Positions 39,601 to 54,135 are shown, counted from the first letter of the stretch. The stretch: DNA of 64,000 nt from Octopus vulgaris (GCA_951406725.2 OX597831.1:26350001-26414000); one strand, 5' to 3'. Translations and numbers: made by a program. The notes: generated from the letters alone by a model not told the origin.

Positions 39601-39715
39601 CTTCAACAAAATAAATGGTACTTCAAACAGCACCACCAGAAATTAGTTTTCCCATTAGATTATTTATCCCAGCCATCTTTTAATTTCAGAACACTTTATC
39701 CTTCCACTCTATAGT

Positions 39716-39823
39716 AATAAAACCTCTTTGAATGATTTTAAATTCTGAATTCACCAATAAAAAAAAAAAAAAAAAAAGAAACAAAACATTCTAAAGAAAA
39801 TAGTATAACTTTGTAGCAATAAA
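39716..39823 (+). promoter_or_regulatory. Candidate polyadenylation signals for the proximal terminal exon
   Basis: AATAAA at 39716-39721, at 39756 (running into a poly-A tract) and at 39818-39823, 115-220 nt after the stop at 39600. The hexamer is common in AT-rich DNA. Confidence 0.35.
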
Positions 39824-40174
39824 TTCATCTTGTTTTAAGATCATCATCGTTTAATGTCTGACCTTCATGCTAGGATAGGTTAGGTGGATCAACAGGATCC
39901 AACTGTGATGAGAAGCTTTGTTTGCTTTGATATGGTTTCTATGGCTGGATACCCATCTTTATGTCAACCACTTTACGGAGTGTATTTGGTGCTTTTTGTG
40001 TGGCACCAGCACTAATGAGGTTACCAAGTAACTCACAAAACTAAAAAGCTTCTTCAACTGAGTAGATCTACAGAAGAAAGAAAGTGGGTGGTTTTATGCT
40101 ATGCATTGAAATACTAAGGTATGATTGGAAGGGACAGAAACAGGTTTCTTGCAGTAGAAGAGATATATGTCTCT

Positions 40175-40560
40175 CTTTACTCTTTTACTTGTTTCAGTCA
40201 TTTGACTGTGGCCATGCTGGAGTACTGCCTTCAGTTGAGCAAATCGACCCCAGGACTTACTCTTTGTAAGCCTAGTACTTATTCTATCGGTCTCTTTTGC
40301 CAAACTGCTAAGTTACGGAGATGTAAACACACCAGCATCGGTTGTCAAGCGATGTTGGGGGACAAACACAGACACACAAGCATACACACACATATGTGTA
40401 CATATATACAACAGGCTTCTTTCAGTTTCTGTCTACCAAATCCACTCACAAGGCTTTGGTCGGCCCAAAGCTATAGTAGAAGGTGCCACGCAGTGGGACT
40501 GAACCCGGAACCATGTGGTTGGTAAGCAAGCAACTTACCACACAGCCACTCCTACGCCTA
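40175..40560 (-). mobile_element. SINE family B, full length
   Basis: Near-identical to 49850-50275. Confidence 0.88.
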
Positions 40561-41519
40561 TGTGTCTATGTCACATTATGTATGGGTTGGCAGAATTAAT
40601 CAGGGTGATGATAAGGCATCACAGTGAGCCCTCAAAGGGAACTGAAGGGAGCATAAGGGCAAAATATCAGGAACAGTGGGTTGGCAAAGGCTGCAAGAAT
40701 GCTGGGGGGAGAGAGAGATGGAGTAAAGATTAATGGTGAACTAATGAGAGCAAATGTATTTTGATCAGCTAACTTGATTAACTATATCTTTTATACTGAT
40801 GTAGTTTTTTAACAAAAAACAGTTTTGATATTTTACATCACAAATTTTCACAAGTGAAATTAAATTCAAGACTGAGTTTTCATGGTTTAGCATTTTCTTA
40901 AGAAGACAACCCATCTCAGAGAATCTGCTTCTAATGAATCATTTATAGGAATAGAGTGGGTCATCAAGACCTATAAAGCATGGTCTATGCTACCATGTTT
41001 TACTGGAAAAATTTATTCAGAATTTATCTGATCTAGAATTATTTATCACGGCAAATGACTGAAACATTTGAATAATACCTAATTTTGTAGTATTGATTGC
41101 TGGAAAATAGAATACTTATAGCAAATTGGCATCAAATGAGAAGATAATTCAAAATACCATCTTACCCTGTTCATATATAATACATTTTTTCCTTGGATAA
41201 AAGGAAATTTAATCAAGTTAAACTAAATTATAAACAAATATAATATTTTAAAATGTTATTTTGCACAAGACTTATGCTAAGAATATACTGAATTGATGCA
41301 GAGTGTTTCTTCAAATCATTTTCACATCAACACAGCTTGGGCTGAATCAATACCAACATTATTTTCTCTTTGTTATTTGTATGTGTGCTTAATCTTAATA
41401 CAATTTGTTTGCACTTAATTTTCTTTGTTTGCCCAGAAAATATATATCGAGTGCTGACAAAATCCTCTATATCTTAGATTACTTTCCCATGTCTTCCCAT
41501 TACTTACATGCTTTTGAAG

Positions 41520-41520
41520 A

Positions 41521-41564
<44 letters not shown>

Positions 41565-41738
41565 CTATATAATATATATATATATTATATATATCTATAT
41601 AATATATATATATATATTATATATATCTATATGATATATATATATATATTATATATATCTATATAATATATATATATATTATATATATCTATAACCCGTG
41701 CTAGCGCCAAAAACGGACATTAAACGATGATGATGATG

Positions 41739-41784
<46 letters not shown>

Positions 41785-41933
41785 TCATATATTATATATA
41801 TATATTATATATATATTATGTATATATATATCATATGTATAAATATATCGTATATATATATTATATATATATATCATATATATATATTATATGATATATA
41901 TATTATATATATATATCATATATATATATTATA

Positions 41934-41993
<60 letters not shown>

Positions 41994-42030
41994 AATATTT
42001 TATACATAAATATTTTATATATATAAATAT

Positions 42031-42082
<52 letters not shown>
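41520..42082. repeat. (TA)n-rich tract with short higher-order repeats (TATATATCTATATAATATATA)
   Basis: Directly visible. Confidence 0.9.
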
Positions 42083-42083
<1 letters not shown>

Positions 42084-43043
42084 TTTAGACACCTTGCTTA
42101 TAGTTTTACAAATTTTTCTATGAAACAAGTAGTAACCTCCATAACATAGAATCTTAACCACAAAGAACAGAAGCTAAAAATATCTTAAGTATTCACCCCT
42201 CTTCTTAAACCTGTCCTCTCCTATAACATGAAGTAATTACAGTTGCCAGAATTTCCCTCTTGGAATGTTAAGCTAATGCTTTTTACTTAACATACATTTC
42301 TACAAGAATCACAAGCGAAGGATGGTCACAACTGGAGTGTCTCTGATCATATATCAGCTGGATTACAATTAATGCTGACCACTCCTAACTGCTTGTAATA
42401 AAAAGTAAAATATATTTAATGGAATGGAACACCTTTTTTTATGATGGTTTTATCACAGTTTCTGTTGTGATTATGAAGGATTAGCACATGCTGGATAGGA
42501 AATCATCCTTTTACTTTCCAAATTTCCTGAAACTGATGTTAAAATCTTAATGTTGTGCAAATTAAGGAGCCACTTAAACTTTTAACACCAACCTTTCTGA
42601 GCAAGAAAATGTTTTGAATCTGATGTTGCACCTCCTACTTTATGCAAATTATTAGACAAACCTTTATTTAACCCTTAAACAACTATCATGTTTATTGGCT
42701 CATTATGCCCGAGTGTCAATCTACACACTCAAGTATACTTTCAATTAATTTTAAAGTTATATTTCTGAAACTTTACTAATCCTAATCCATAAATAAAAAA
42801 TTTAATACAAATCAGCAAACTATAAAGCCAATTTTATTGATCTTTTATCTAACATTTACACAGTTCATTAAAAGAATATTAATTTACAAAGATGTGGCTA
42901 TAAAACAATTTTAATTCAATTTGTAACTGATTGTTTGTAATATTTGAAATGTCATTAAAGAAATATTAATTTATCAAAACTTGTGCCTAAGAAATAACAA
43001 AATTAAGCAATAACAAAAATTTTAATTTCTATTTCTTTAACAG

Positions 43044-43091
43044 GATGAAAACATCACCAAAGGCATGGCCATATTTGATACAGTTCTTTGA
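43044..43091 (+). CDS. KCNIP: KChIP canonical (distal) terminal coding exon
   Basis: ttctttaacag acceptor. The 48 nt to TGA encode DENITKGMAIFDTVL*, comparable to vertebrate DENIMRSMQLFENVI* and the same coding length. Confidence 0.93.
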   Translation, partial: DENITKGMAIFDTVL

Positions 43092-43756
43092 CAAATTCCA
43101 GCATAAAATGTACATAAAACAAAACACCAATAATGAAAATCTCATGTTGCAGTCTTTTCTTTTAAATTATTCAGACATGTAAATACATTTAATTAAATGT
43201 TCTCAAAATATTTTTGGGGAACAATATGCACAGAACATTATAATAATGAAACAGGGAAATATCTTCCTACAGATTGAAGTGGTGGAATATCAAAGATTTA
43301 TGCAAAGAAAGCATAAAATATATGCAAAAGAAAAAAAAAGAAGACAAACAAAGAGAAAGAGAGATGGAAGACTTCAGAAAGAAATAAAACGACATGAGCT
43401 GGCAAAAAAAAAAAAAAAGTTTCATGAAATCCTATATATACATCACTACTGTATATCACAGCAAAATAACTCAATTCTAATTTCCATTTCACGAAGTGAC
43501 CACAACAAAATGAAAAAAAAAAAAAGAAAAAAATATGAAAGAAAAATAACATTCATTCTCTTTAATTTTTGCAATATTTATTTTGTCCTCTAAAAGAAAC
43601 TATTACTTACTAAAGAAGAATATAGTGTGTGGGTGTATATGTGTGTGTATATTTACATACACAAATATATATATTATAGTATATATAAACACATTAAATA
43701 TATACATATATTTCATATATGTTTATGCTGTATCTAATTATATTACATACATATTA

Positions 43757-43790
<34 letters not shown>

Positions 43791-44021
43791 TAATATAAAT
43801 ATATATATATATATACATATATATACATACATATTAATATATATATATATATACATACATATTAATATATATATATACATACATATTAATATATATATAT
43901 ATACATACATATTAATATATATAAATATATATACATACATATATATATATATAGGCACACACAGGAAACTCAATCATAAAAGTTAGTATTGACACAGATT
44001 CATCATGTAATTTTCCTGAAA

Positions 44022-44068
<47 letters not shown>

Positions 44069-46825
44069 TGCACTGTGCTGTAAATCTTTGAATGCAAAAC
44101 AAATGAAGACATTTTAACAAATTCTTAGGCGAGATAGTCTATAGTGACAACAAAAAGACTTATATGGAGGACATCAAAGATCATACACACCCACCCTACT
44201 CCGTCTTCTGAATGCTATTCAATACTTTAATTCTTTGTTATTGTTTATTTTGGCTGCTCATGTTTTTGAATCTTTTTTTTTTTTTATCATCCAAACTTCT
44301 TTTATATCAGAAATGCTTTATATGAAGTCTCATGGATTTATTACAATCTTCTGAAAAATTACAATGTTTTTTAAAACTTAAAACAGCTTACTTATATAAA
44401 ACATTACTACTGCAACAAACTATTTGAAAAAAAAAAATCAAAATTCTGTAAGAGTATTATTAATATTTATTCTATTTCCCTTAAATCTCTGAAATATTAA
44501 AAACAGGATAAAATTAGTTGTATAATGCATGCATTATTAGTTTCTATTTCCAAATATATTTTAAAGAACATTTTCTCAAAATGGCTTACTGTCTCAAGAC
44601 AAACGGATTACGTCTGAGTTGTCACAACATTTAGACTTAATTTGAGTTACTAATATTTTTTTAAATCCATGGTTCAGAGATTTCACTAATTTAATTAATT
44701 TAATATTAACTCAGTTTTGTTGTTTGTTTTTTTTGGTTTTGGTTTTTTTTAATGAGGTAAAAATATGTGAGTTGAAAAGGATTTTTTTTTCTTCCTTCTT
44801 ACATTGAACATGGCAGATCATTTGACTCAAATACAACAACGAAAAATATCTTGGCTGACCAATTAGCAAGCTTTAAAGTGTGTTAACAGATTCACTCACT
44901 TATTGTTTGATTTCCCTGCTTATTAGTTGACACAGGTTACTGTTTTGTAATAACTGATTGGAATTTCTAAATCTATGGAAAGCTTCCCTCTTTTTGATTT
45001 GATAGTTTCTTGTTTATAAATACTGCTGCTGTTGTTTGAAACAACATTAAACAATGTTTCAATAACTTATACAGAGTTGGACAGTATCAAAATAGCCATT
45101 TATAAGACATTAAACAGACCCTGGTTACATATATATATTATATATATATTCATATTGACAAAACGTAAATCAAAACACCGACAACATAACTCTTGTACCA
45201 TATTATTATAAATATATCATTAGCCTTCTTAATAACGTACAAAATACATATATTGTAGTTAAATCATTTTCATTTAAAATTATATAGTCATTATGTTACA
45301 GGGTTATGAAGAAATTAAGACTATGAATCGTTAACAAAATGATAAATGTTACCATCTTTAGGCTTTGATAAAAATAAGCAAACACAGTTATTAAGATGTG
45401 CTTGCACTGGAATGCAGCATTTTTGTAAAATATGTTGCCTAAAATATTAATCTATTGCTTAACTATTACCACTTAATGTCTTAGCAATCTATTGCAATGA
45501 ATAAAAGTCAAACTTTAGAAAATTCTATGGCAGTAAATATTTTTAAGATTTCAAAATGAGTGGTAATGACTTTAGCATGTGAAAATATTATCTCTCCATG
45601 TGTATAAGCTTTTATTAGAAGGAATCAATGTCTACAAAATACTAAGCAACCATTATTTCAGAAAGAATAAAACATTTCTCAAGATTGTCTATAACTTAAA
45701 AATCTAAATTTAGGCAAGATGGCTATAATGTAACTATGTCTGCTGAAAACAAACTTTATCAGTAAAACAGAGAAGCTGAAATAGGAGAATTGTAATTTAT
45801 CGAACTTCCCTTTCACAAAAATAACTTATGCTGTTCAAGGAAAATAAATAATTTATGAATTTCTTTTGCTTTATTTAAAAATGTCCAATATTCAAGACAT
45901 GTGTGACTCTCTGAACCAACGTTTTGTTTGTGTATATGAGACTAACCAAGAGTGCTTCAAGAAAATCTATTTTTATTCAACCTAGACTAATATCTGTTTA
46001 TCTCAGACATTAAGTGCCATATCACCATTTCTATGTCTATTGTAATGTAATATTTTTGCATCATTGGCAAACTCATGAATTCTTCACATTTCTCCTAATC
46101 TTTTTTGCATGATGTGTGTTATTTGATAATTTTTAATCAATTTCTTTAAAAATGTAACATCTAACACTACAGTCAAAATTAAAATAATAATATATAATTA
46201 AACACTAAGGGCCATGACTTTATTTAAGGGCTCATTATCTGTTTTCAAAGGTTTACACAGGGTTTTCACTCCTAGTACCAATATTTATCAAACACTGCGA
46301 GTAGACTTTCCTGAACGGAATGTTTTAGATATATGTCAAGCTTTCTAGAGATGATTTTTAATAATATCGAAGGTGTAATAACTAAAATTTTTAACAAAAG
46401 TAGCATAATAGTTTCCACTGGCATGTATTTCAAAAATGTTTCTTTTCTACAATATCCTTATAGCTTTAAATTCTTTAATGATCAAAATTTCAGATACCTC
46501 TACACTATTCAAATGACATATTCCACGCTGGTGTATATGAATTAGGCTCTCTCATCATAAATAGAATGTTTATATATTTACAAACTAGAATGTCAAAGGA
46601 ATATACAATTATATTATGAACTTCATTAGCTTACAGTTGTTTCTGCTGTGCACTCATAGTTGAATGCTTGAGTTTCACCCTATAACTTCATTGAAGCTTC
46701 AAAAGTATGAAGCACAGTTTTATTTGGGAAAACATTATATATATTTGTATATATAAAGGAGAGAAAATTAGTCAGCAAATAAAATATTTGAAGTGGTCTT
46801 CAAGATATCTGCTACAGAATTGTTA

Positions 46826-46828
<3 letters not shown>

Positions 46829-46896
<68 letters not shown>
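46829..46896. repeat. (CA)n microsatellite
   Basis: Directly visible. Confidence 0.95.
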
Positions 46897-46898
<2 letters not shown>

Positions 46899-48296
46899 TA
46901 CTGACATATGATGGTTGATCAGAAAAGCATTTTTATTTTTACTTTGCTAATAGTGATTAAACATATATCCTGATTCAAAAAATCTAACATTTAATAATAC
47001 TAATCTATTTTAACTGGAATTATTTTCTAAAATCTATTAAATCTAACTGACCAACACCAAACATAATTTGTAAATTATTTTGATAATCATAATTTTGAAT
47101 ATGGTGTGTATATATTACAAATACTTTAAGATACTTCTTCATAGAATTTTTGGCATTGGTTTCTTTTCATTAGATACAACATGTCATGTTTTACAGAAAA
47201 CTCAACAGGTTGTGATACTTTCATCTTTCTTAGAGTTGTTACTGGGTAAACACTAAAATAAAAATGATTTTCAGAAATTATAGATAGTAGCAATTAATTA
47301 TTGGTCTAAAACCAGACACTCTAAATATACAAAAGACTACATACAGCACAGTATATCATTGCTACTACCACTATACAGTGGTATAAATGGTTGCTTTACC
47401 ATCTTTTCAGAAGATCATATCTGGTTTATGCTGACAAAATGGTTGTTGTTAGGTAGAAAATATTAATGAAATAACTTTAAAATTTTAGATTTAACCAACA
47501 AAATTCATTATTCTAATGTATCAACATGATTCGTTGTTCAATGAATTATCATTGGCAATTGATAAACATCAGCCCTACTTCAATTCATTCTACTTCCTAA
47601 TTAGCACACCGCCCTTCTTAAAACTACAGGATGATATTATTTACATGAAAGAAACATTGTGTGAAATCCATGTTTTGGAACTGACAGAATTTTAGGTTAA
47701 AACTTTTCACTCAAACTTGAGGTTTTCACTCGAATAATTTAATACCATCTTTTCTTTCAGAATGTGTGTGAGGAGCAGAATTATAAAGTATTTTTAATAT
47801 ACCTACTGGTCAAAACTTTGTGTAAATGCATTAAGGTGGTCAGTGAGAGAGGGCAGTGGATTGGCAGAACCATTAGAACACTGGAAAGAAATGTCTTGTG
47901 GCTCTTTATATTCTGAGTTCAAATCTCACCAAGGTCAGATTTGCTTTTTATCCTTCTAGTGGGGATCTGTAAAATAAAGTGCCAGTGCCAATGGTATTGA
48001 CTCTCCCCGCAAAAATTGGCTGAGTACCTCCATTAAAAACCATTGTGGTGGCAACACAATAAATAAGTTTGTCTGTTTAACAGTGTGGAGCAAACATTTG
48101 CACACTTACAATATTTTTTTAAGTTACTCAATATATGAATATATTCAACTAAAGTATCACAACGTCAGTCTCTCTCTATTTCCCTCTATCTCTCCACCCT
48201 GCCCACCCACAACCCACCTGTCTCTGTATTTCTTGGCCTTTCTCTGACTAATGATTCAATTTACACAATGACCAGTAATATGACCAACAGTCATGT

Positions 48297-48327
<31 letters not shown>

Positions 48328-48679
48328 AAAACTTTATCAGTGGAAAGCAAAAATGGACTTCTTCAGTGAAAAACTCAACTTTGAATAAATGGATTCAACT
48401 TGTTAAGAAAGTGAGGATAAAAAAAACAAAACTAAAGTGTTTTTAGTCTCCCACCTAAATTATTATCCTTACTATACCTATTTACATTTTTCACTAAATA
48501 AAAATCACCATATTTTGTAAATGTCATAACTCATTTTAATGTGTTTATTTACTAAAGATAATGACAAAAGAATGATTTAATATTGAACTTTATACTAATA
48601 AAGATACACTGATGAGAAATAAATTCTGGGATGATGATCTGTCTATTTTAAGAAAATAAAATCTATATATGAGTAATAG

Positions 48680-48710
<31 letters not shown>

Positions 48711-49849
48711 AGTGTATATATTTCGCTTATATATATGTATTTAAAAGTATAAATATATTTATAAATACACACATATATATTAAAAATTTATAAATACATA
48801 TGTATATGCGTGTACATGTATTATATATTGATACAAATGTAGACAGACAAAATAATAGTAATATTCTATAGAATAAAGATCCATAAACTTATATGTCTGA
48901 GGAGCATCCAAGAACTAGAGATGAAGAGAAAGAAAGAAAGAAGCGATAGTGAAGACAAAGATACTGTTATGTTATAAACTCTATATTTTTGCTGATTGTG
49001 AAATATATAGACATTTGCATTCAAGTGGTATGGAGATATGTTTTCAACATAGAAGATCGTTTCATTTTTAGAGACGTGACTTATTTTTCTGAACAAGCTA
49101 TGCAGTTCAGTGCCTCGATTAATATAAAAGAAAAAAAAAAATGTCCTTATGTGAATCAACATCAGTGTTTATCTAGAAGCTACTAAGGAGTGTGTCATTG
49201 CATTTTCATTATTTGACTGTTTGCCTTGACCTCAGTGTTAACCTTGGAACTTGGCCCTGAAACATTATTTACTAAAGAGAATAAAATTCTGTGTGAAGGC
49301 CTGCTACTCTTTGCTTGTTTTCACAATCCTGTAGAGTCTTCCATTCTTTCTTTATCGACTGCATGTAGAGTGTATTGTGTGGAGCACATATATAAACACA
49401 CACATGCATATACACACGTGTTTGTGTCTGTGTGCGTATTATATATATAAATAAACAGAAATTCTAATAGTACATGATTGAGTTTTGTTTTATTTCTTTA
49501 CTGTTTCTGCTCATTACTTTAATGTTATATATTTGTATAATAAATATATTGGATTAAGTTGTTAATTAGTTGACATAGAATAAAATAGCAACTAACTTTT
49601 GTCTCCACCAGACATTTCATGTCAGGTGACGTATTAACAAACACAACTTCCTTGAGCATCTGTTCTCACCATTGACAGTTTCTATTCTATTATCCTATAT
49701 GCAAGATTATATATTCGCTGGTAAAAGAAGAACATTTTCTATGGTAGGTATTGTACAACGTAGGATGGATGGCTGAAATATGAAGAGCTTGTCCTACTTA
49801 GAACTATTTGGTAATGAGATATAATCTTTTTCTTTTTTTTTTTTTACTC

Positions 49850-50069
49850 ATTTTACTTGTTTCAGTCATTTGACTGTGGCCATGCTGGAGCACCACCTTT
49901 AGTTGAGCAAATCGACCCCACGACTTATTCTTTGTAAACCTAATACTTATTCTATCGGTCTCTTTTGCTGAATCGCTAAGTTACAGGAACGTAAACACAC
50001 CAGCATCGGTTGTCAAGCGATGTTGGGGGAGACAAACACAGACACACAAATATATACACATGCACATAT

Positions 50070-50109
<40 letters not shown>

Positions 50110-50275
50110 TATGATGGGCTTCTTTCAGTTTCCGTCTACCAAATCCACTCACAAGGCTTTGGTCAGCCCGAGGCTATAGTAGAAGACACTATCCCAAGAT
50201 GACATGCAGTGAGACTGAACCCGGAACCATGTGGTTGGTAAGCAAGCTACTTGCCACACAGCCACTCCTACGCCT
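49850..50275 (-). mobile_element. SINE family B, full length
   Basis: Near-identical to 40175-40560. Confidence 0.88.
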
Positions 50276-51624
50276 ATATATATTGTAAATCATTTTAATA
50301 CAAAGCACCATATTGTGAGATGTATAAAGAATGGAAATAATAACAAGTGGTAAGTTACAATAACTGAACTGCTGATCTGTGAAGTAGTTTATAAAGCTTT
50401 TCTTTTCATAACTAAAGAATCAATAAACCTATATAATACACATTAGAATTTGAAACATCAGCCTTTTGTATAGTAGGTATGATGCTTTACCTAGCTGTAA
50501 TACATACAAGCTGGTTGTTGATCTGTGTTATTGATAGTAAAGCAATACTGAAATATTTCTTAAGCAATTATTAAAAACTAACATTTGTTTTTATTTATTT
50601 AATAAGAATTGATTCTGTCACCATGAAATAATCAATGAAAGAAACTACTGAAATCAAAGACAACAAAAAAATGCTTATTCTTTTCAGTGGGTAAGTCACC
50701 ATCAAAGGAATGATAGCATATCATTGGAATGTTTTTTTTTGGGTTTTTTTTTTTAAATGTCTAACTTCTATTGCTAGCAATGATCAAAAGCAAATATTAA
50801 AAGTAGTGCATTTATATTGCTGTTGTTGCTCTTCTGAATAATTTCACCCAAGTCGGTGACATCACACTATAGACAGATAATTACTACATGGCTATTTTAT
50901 TTATTTCTTCTCGGTGCCCACTCAGCTAAGTATTTAATGCTGATTAAAGAGGCTGAAAATGTCACGTTCATGATTCCAAGTTTTAACAGAGATTTCTCCT
51001 GCTATCAGCTTACCAGACACAACACTATTAGGAAGAAAGCTTTATCGAAAGAGGCGGAATGTACTTTAAACAACAGGCAACGAATGGATGGATGTTAATC
51101 CATACTTGGACCTAAAAGCAAAAAGCAATACCCTTCAATACCTATTAGAACACGCTTTTCATTTGCCATCTTAAACAAGAAGAGAAATGAGAAGTGAGAT
51201 GCAATTATTTTAATGCCAATTTGTCCATACTTTTACAGGTTCCATACATCAAGCTGACAGCTATATTTTATTTCTAGTTTGATTTTAACTGACATTTACT
51301 ACATTCTATGACGGGTCAGTCCATTCAAAGTGATTACATGATGCTGCTTTTTAACTTCATGACTTCATCACCTTCAACATTTCCCCCTATTTCTGTCTTT
51401 TCAGATTCACAAAGATTTCTAAATATATATTTAGGTTTCCAATGTCTTTGCGCTTATTTTTTTTTTTAAACCACAAGCAACATTCTTGTGGTTGTGTAAG
51501 TATATACAGAGACATACACACATTTAAATATACACACAGTTCGTGTGAGTGTACATGTGTGCATATATACACATATGGTAGATAAATACATAGATATACA
51601 AATATGTGAGCATATATATATATG

Positions 51625-51905
51625 TGTATAGATAGACAGATATAGATGTGTATAGATAGATAGATAGATAGATAGATGTCTATATTTGTATAGATAGATA
51701 GATGGATAGATATATAGATGTCTATAGATAGATAGATAGATAGATGGATAGACAGATAGATAGATGGATAGATAGCTAAATAGATAGATAGCTAGATAGA
51801 TGGATAGATAGATATACAGATAGATAGATGGATGGATAGATAGCTAGATAGATGGATAGATGGAGATAGATAGATAGATGGATGGATGGATGGATGGATA
51901 GATAA
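51625..51905. repeat. (GATA)n/(GATG)n microsatellite
   Basis: Directly visible. Confidence 0.95.
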
Positions 51906-52491
51906 GTTTCTTTATTGGCCACACAGGGCTACACACAGATGGGACAAGTTACAAGGTAGAGCTTTTCTTTTGGGGGATGAAAAAAACAAAAAAACAAAAG
52001 AAACAAAAAAAAGGGGGTGGTGTAGGTTTTCGATCAAGAGGGATTGTAAAAGGGAAGAAAAGAACAAAAAATAAAAAAATAAATAAAAAAAATAAAATGA
52101 TAGATAGATAGATAGATAGATAGATAGGTATAGTGGGAGAAAGATAGAGCTGAAAGTACAAGGCATTCACTTTAAAACAACATGAGCCTGAGTTCAATTC
52201 CACAGTGTAACACACCAACAAATGTGATTTTCTGTGACCTAAGAATGCTTCATATATTGTGAGTGAAATTCAGCTGACAGAAACAGAAAATGTATAGAAG
52301 TTTGCCACAAGAATTAAATGAGTAATTCAATCAAAGAGCTTGATCACACCACAATGTGACACTGATCCTGCCTAACAATTATGTTAAAGGTACATGTGTT
52401 TGAGGAATGCTCACTCATTTACACATCAATATGGGAGGAAGTAATTACGTTTACTGACCAACGGAATCCTCGTCATATGTTTATATATGTA

Positions 52492-53005
52492 CTAGCAGTA
52501 TCGCCCGGCGTTGCTCGGGTTTGTAAGGGAAATAACTATATAAGCATTTTTAGAGAGTTACTTCCCTTATAGATGCCAATTTGGGCTTTCTTAGCCATTT
52601 CTGTTTTGGTGTCTTCAAGCCATGAAGTCGTTGTTCTAAAAGAACGCTGGTCTCCTTGACAACGCTTTACGACGTTGATTTCCTTACACTCCCTTCCCCA
52701 CAGCTTCACGAGGGAGGGAATAAGGGGAAGAAGCAAACAGGTGCAGGTGTGACCATGGACGCCAACTCCGCCGCCATCGACACACGAAAAATTATGCATT
52801 AAAATGGAATAAAAAAATTATGTTAAATTATTTTTAAAATCGTAGACTCATCGTAGATGTGCGTTAATAGCCAGATGGGCTCGATATTAATCACGACTAT
52901 AAGATACCCGAATTTGGTTAAACTGCACCGCAAAATGTGGGAGTAGTTAGGAATCTAAATCGAAGTGGACAGACACTCACACAACTACAGTTTTATATAT
53001 ATAGA
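52492..53005 (-). mobile_element. Non-autonomous Helitron
   Basis: Minus strand starts 5'-TC and ends with the hairpin CCCGAGCAACGCCGGG followed by CTAG-3'. It is inserted between A and T with no TSD. Confidence 0.8.
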
Positions 53006-53917
53006 TAAGCACATAAATGTACATATGAAAGCATATACAGACACACACGTACATGCATATACACACTTATACATGTGTGTATGTGTGTGTGTGTACATAT
53101 TTTGATTGGTGTGCTTTGATGCTATGCACTTCACCAGAATTTTTTGAGTCGGGATCCATTTAAATATTCCACACATATATCCTTGTGTTAAATAGTCTTA
53201 TCCAAACAAGGACAGGCTTTATCATTATGGAAAAGAGTCATGTAATATAAGAATAAAAATAAAATCGTATATTTTGAATGCATTTTATACAGCTGATTCT
53301 AGTAGTTGTGTAAGATAACCCTTACATAATTCTACCTTACTCGGTTGGACAGTTCAAAATAGAAATGGTAAACAAAAATAGCCCTATATTTAGCAGTTAG
53401 CAGGATGATCAGAGAATCTGTCTTAAAGCAGGGAGAAGGAGGGAAAAAGGTGATTGAGAAAAAAGAATGGTGATAGAATGAAGGAAAAAGGAGATAGAGG
53501 AGGGCAAAGGATGAGCGTGTAATTGGAAGGGAAAAGCAAAGGAAACAGATGGGGAAAATTCAGGTAAACAGTTAAATAGATTTAAACTGACAGTAATAAA
53601 TTAGAATGGAAGAAAATTAACAGAAAAGAAAAGGAAGGAAGGAAGAAGGAAGAAAAAAGAAAACAAAACAAGAACAGAGACACATGTAAAAGATTAGGTT
53701 CCAGGGAGTGGGTAGCCGAAAGAAAAATGAGAATGGACCTCTGAATATAGGACAAAATTAAAGAATTGAAGTTAAAGAAAAAGCTAGATAGACTAAGCAA
53801 TTAAGAATATGACGACAGGGAAACTCCTATTAATATGCTTAAAATATCTGTCACCCATATAGTTAGAAAATAACTATTTGTAAATCTCACAATGAGAGAT
53901 ATTCAGCAACAGTACTT

Positions 53918-54135
53918 TGGAGTAAAGATTATTTGCCAACATAACACGGCAGTCCTGGTTTAAGATGAATGTTGCTGTAATTTAGCCCCATGAGACATCT
54001 TCTCTAATTGGCTACACAACACGATCTGTGTCCTTATATTTTCGAACAAGGGAATCTAGCACCCCCACTCAGCTCAAAACAATATCTGTGTATTGCTATT
54101 TCCGGATTATTTCCCTTCATCAGCACAGAATAATT
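53918..54135 (-). mobile_element. Short hammerhead-associated dispersed repeat (second copy at 4057-4230)
   Basis: GGAGTAAAGATTATTTGCCAACATAAC...CCCCCACTCAGCTCAAAACAATA is shared with 4057-4230. A hammerhead lies at one end. Confidence 0.6.
54085..54129 (-). ncRNA. Minimal type I hammerhead ribozyme
   Basis: Minus strand reads TCTGTG-CTGATGA-AGGGAAATAATCCG-GAAA-TAGCA-ATA-CACAGA. Stem I is a perfect 6 bp, the core is intact, stem II is GGA/TCC, stem III is minimal and the cleavage triplet is ATA. Confidence 0.65.

Noticed and set aside
41437-41457. Possible third terminal exon (cag|KIYIEC*)
   Set aside because: The acceptor is good, but there is no similarity to the C-terminal helix and it cannot be distinguished from chance.
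50635-50696. ttttcag-TGG-gtaagt (3-nt microexon pattern) or a short ATG exon MKETTEIKDNKKMLILFS
   Set aside because: It lies downstream of both KChIP stop codons, and no partner exons or homology were found.
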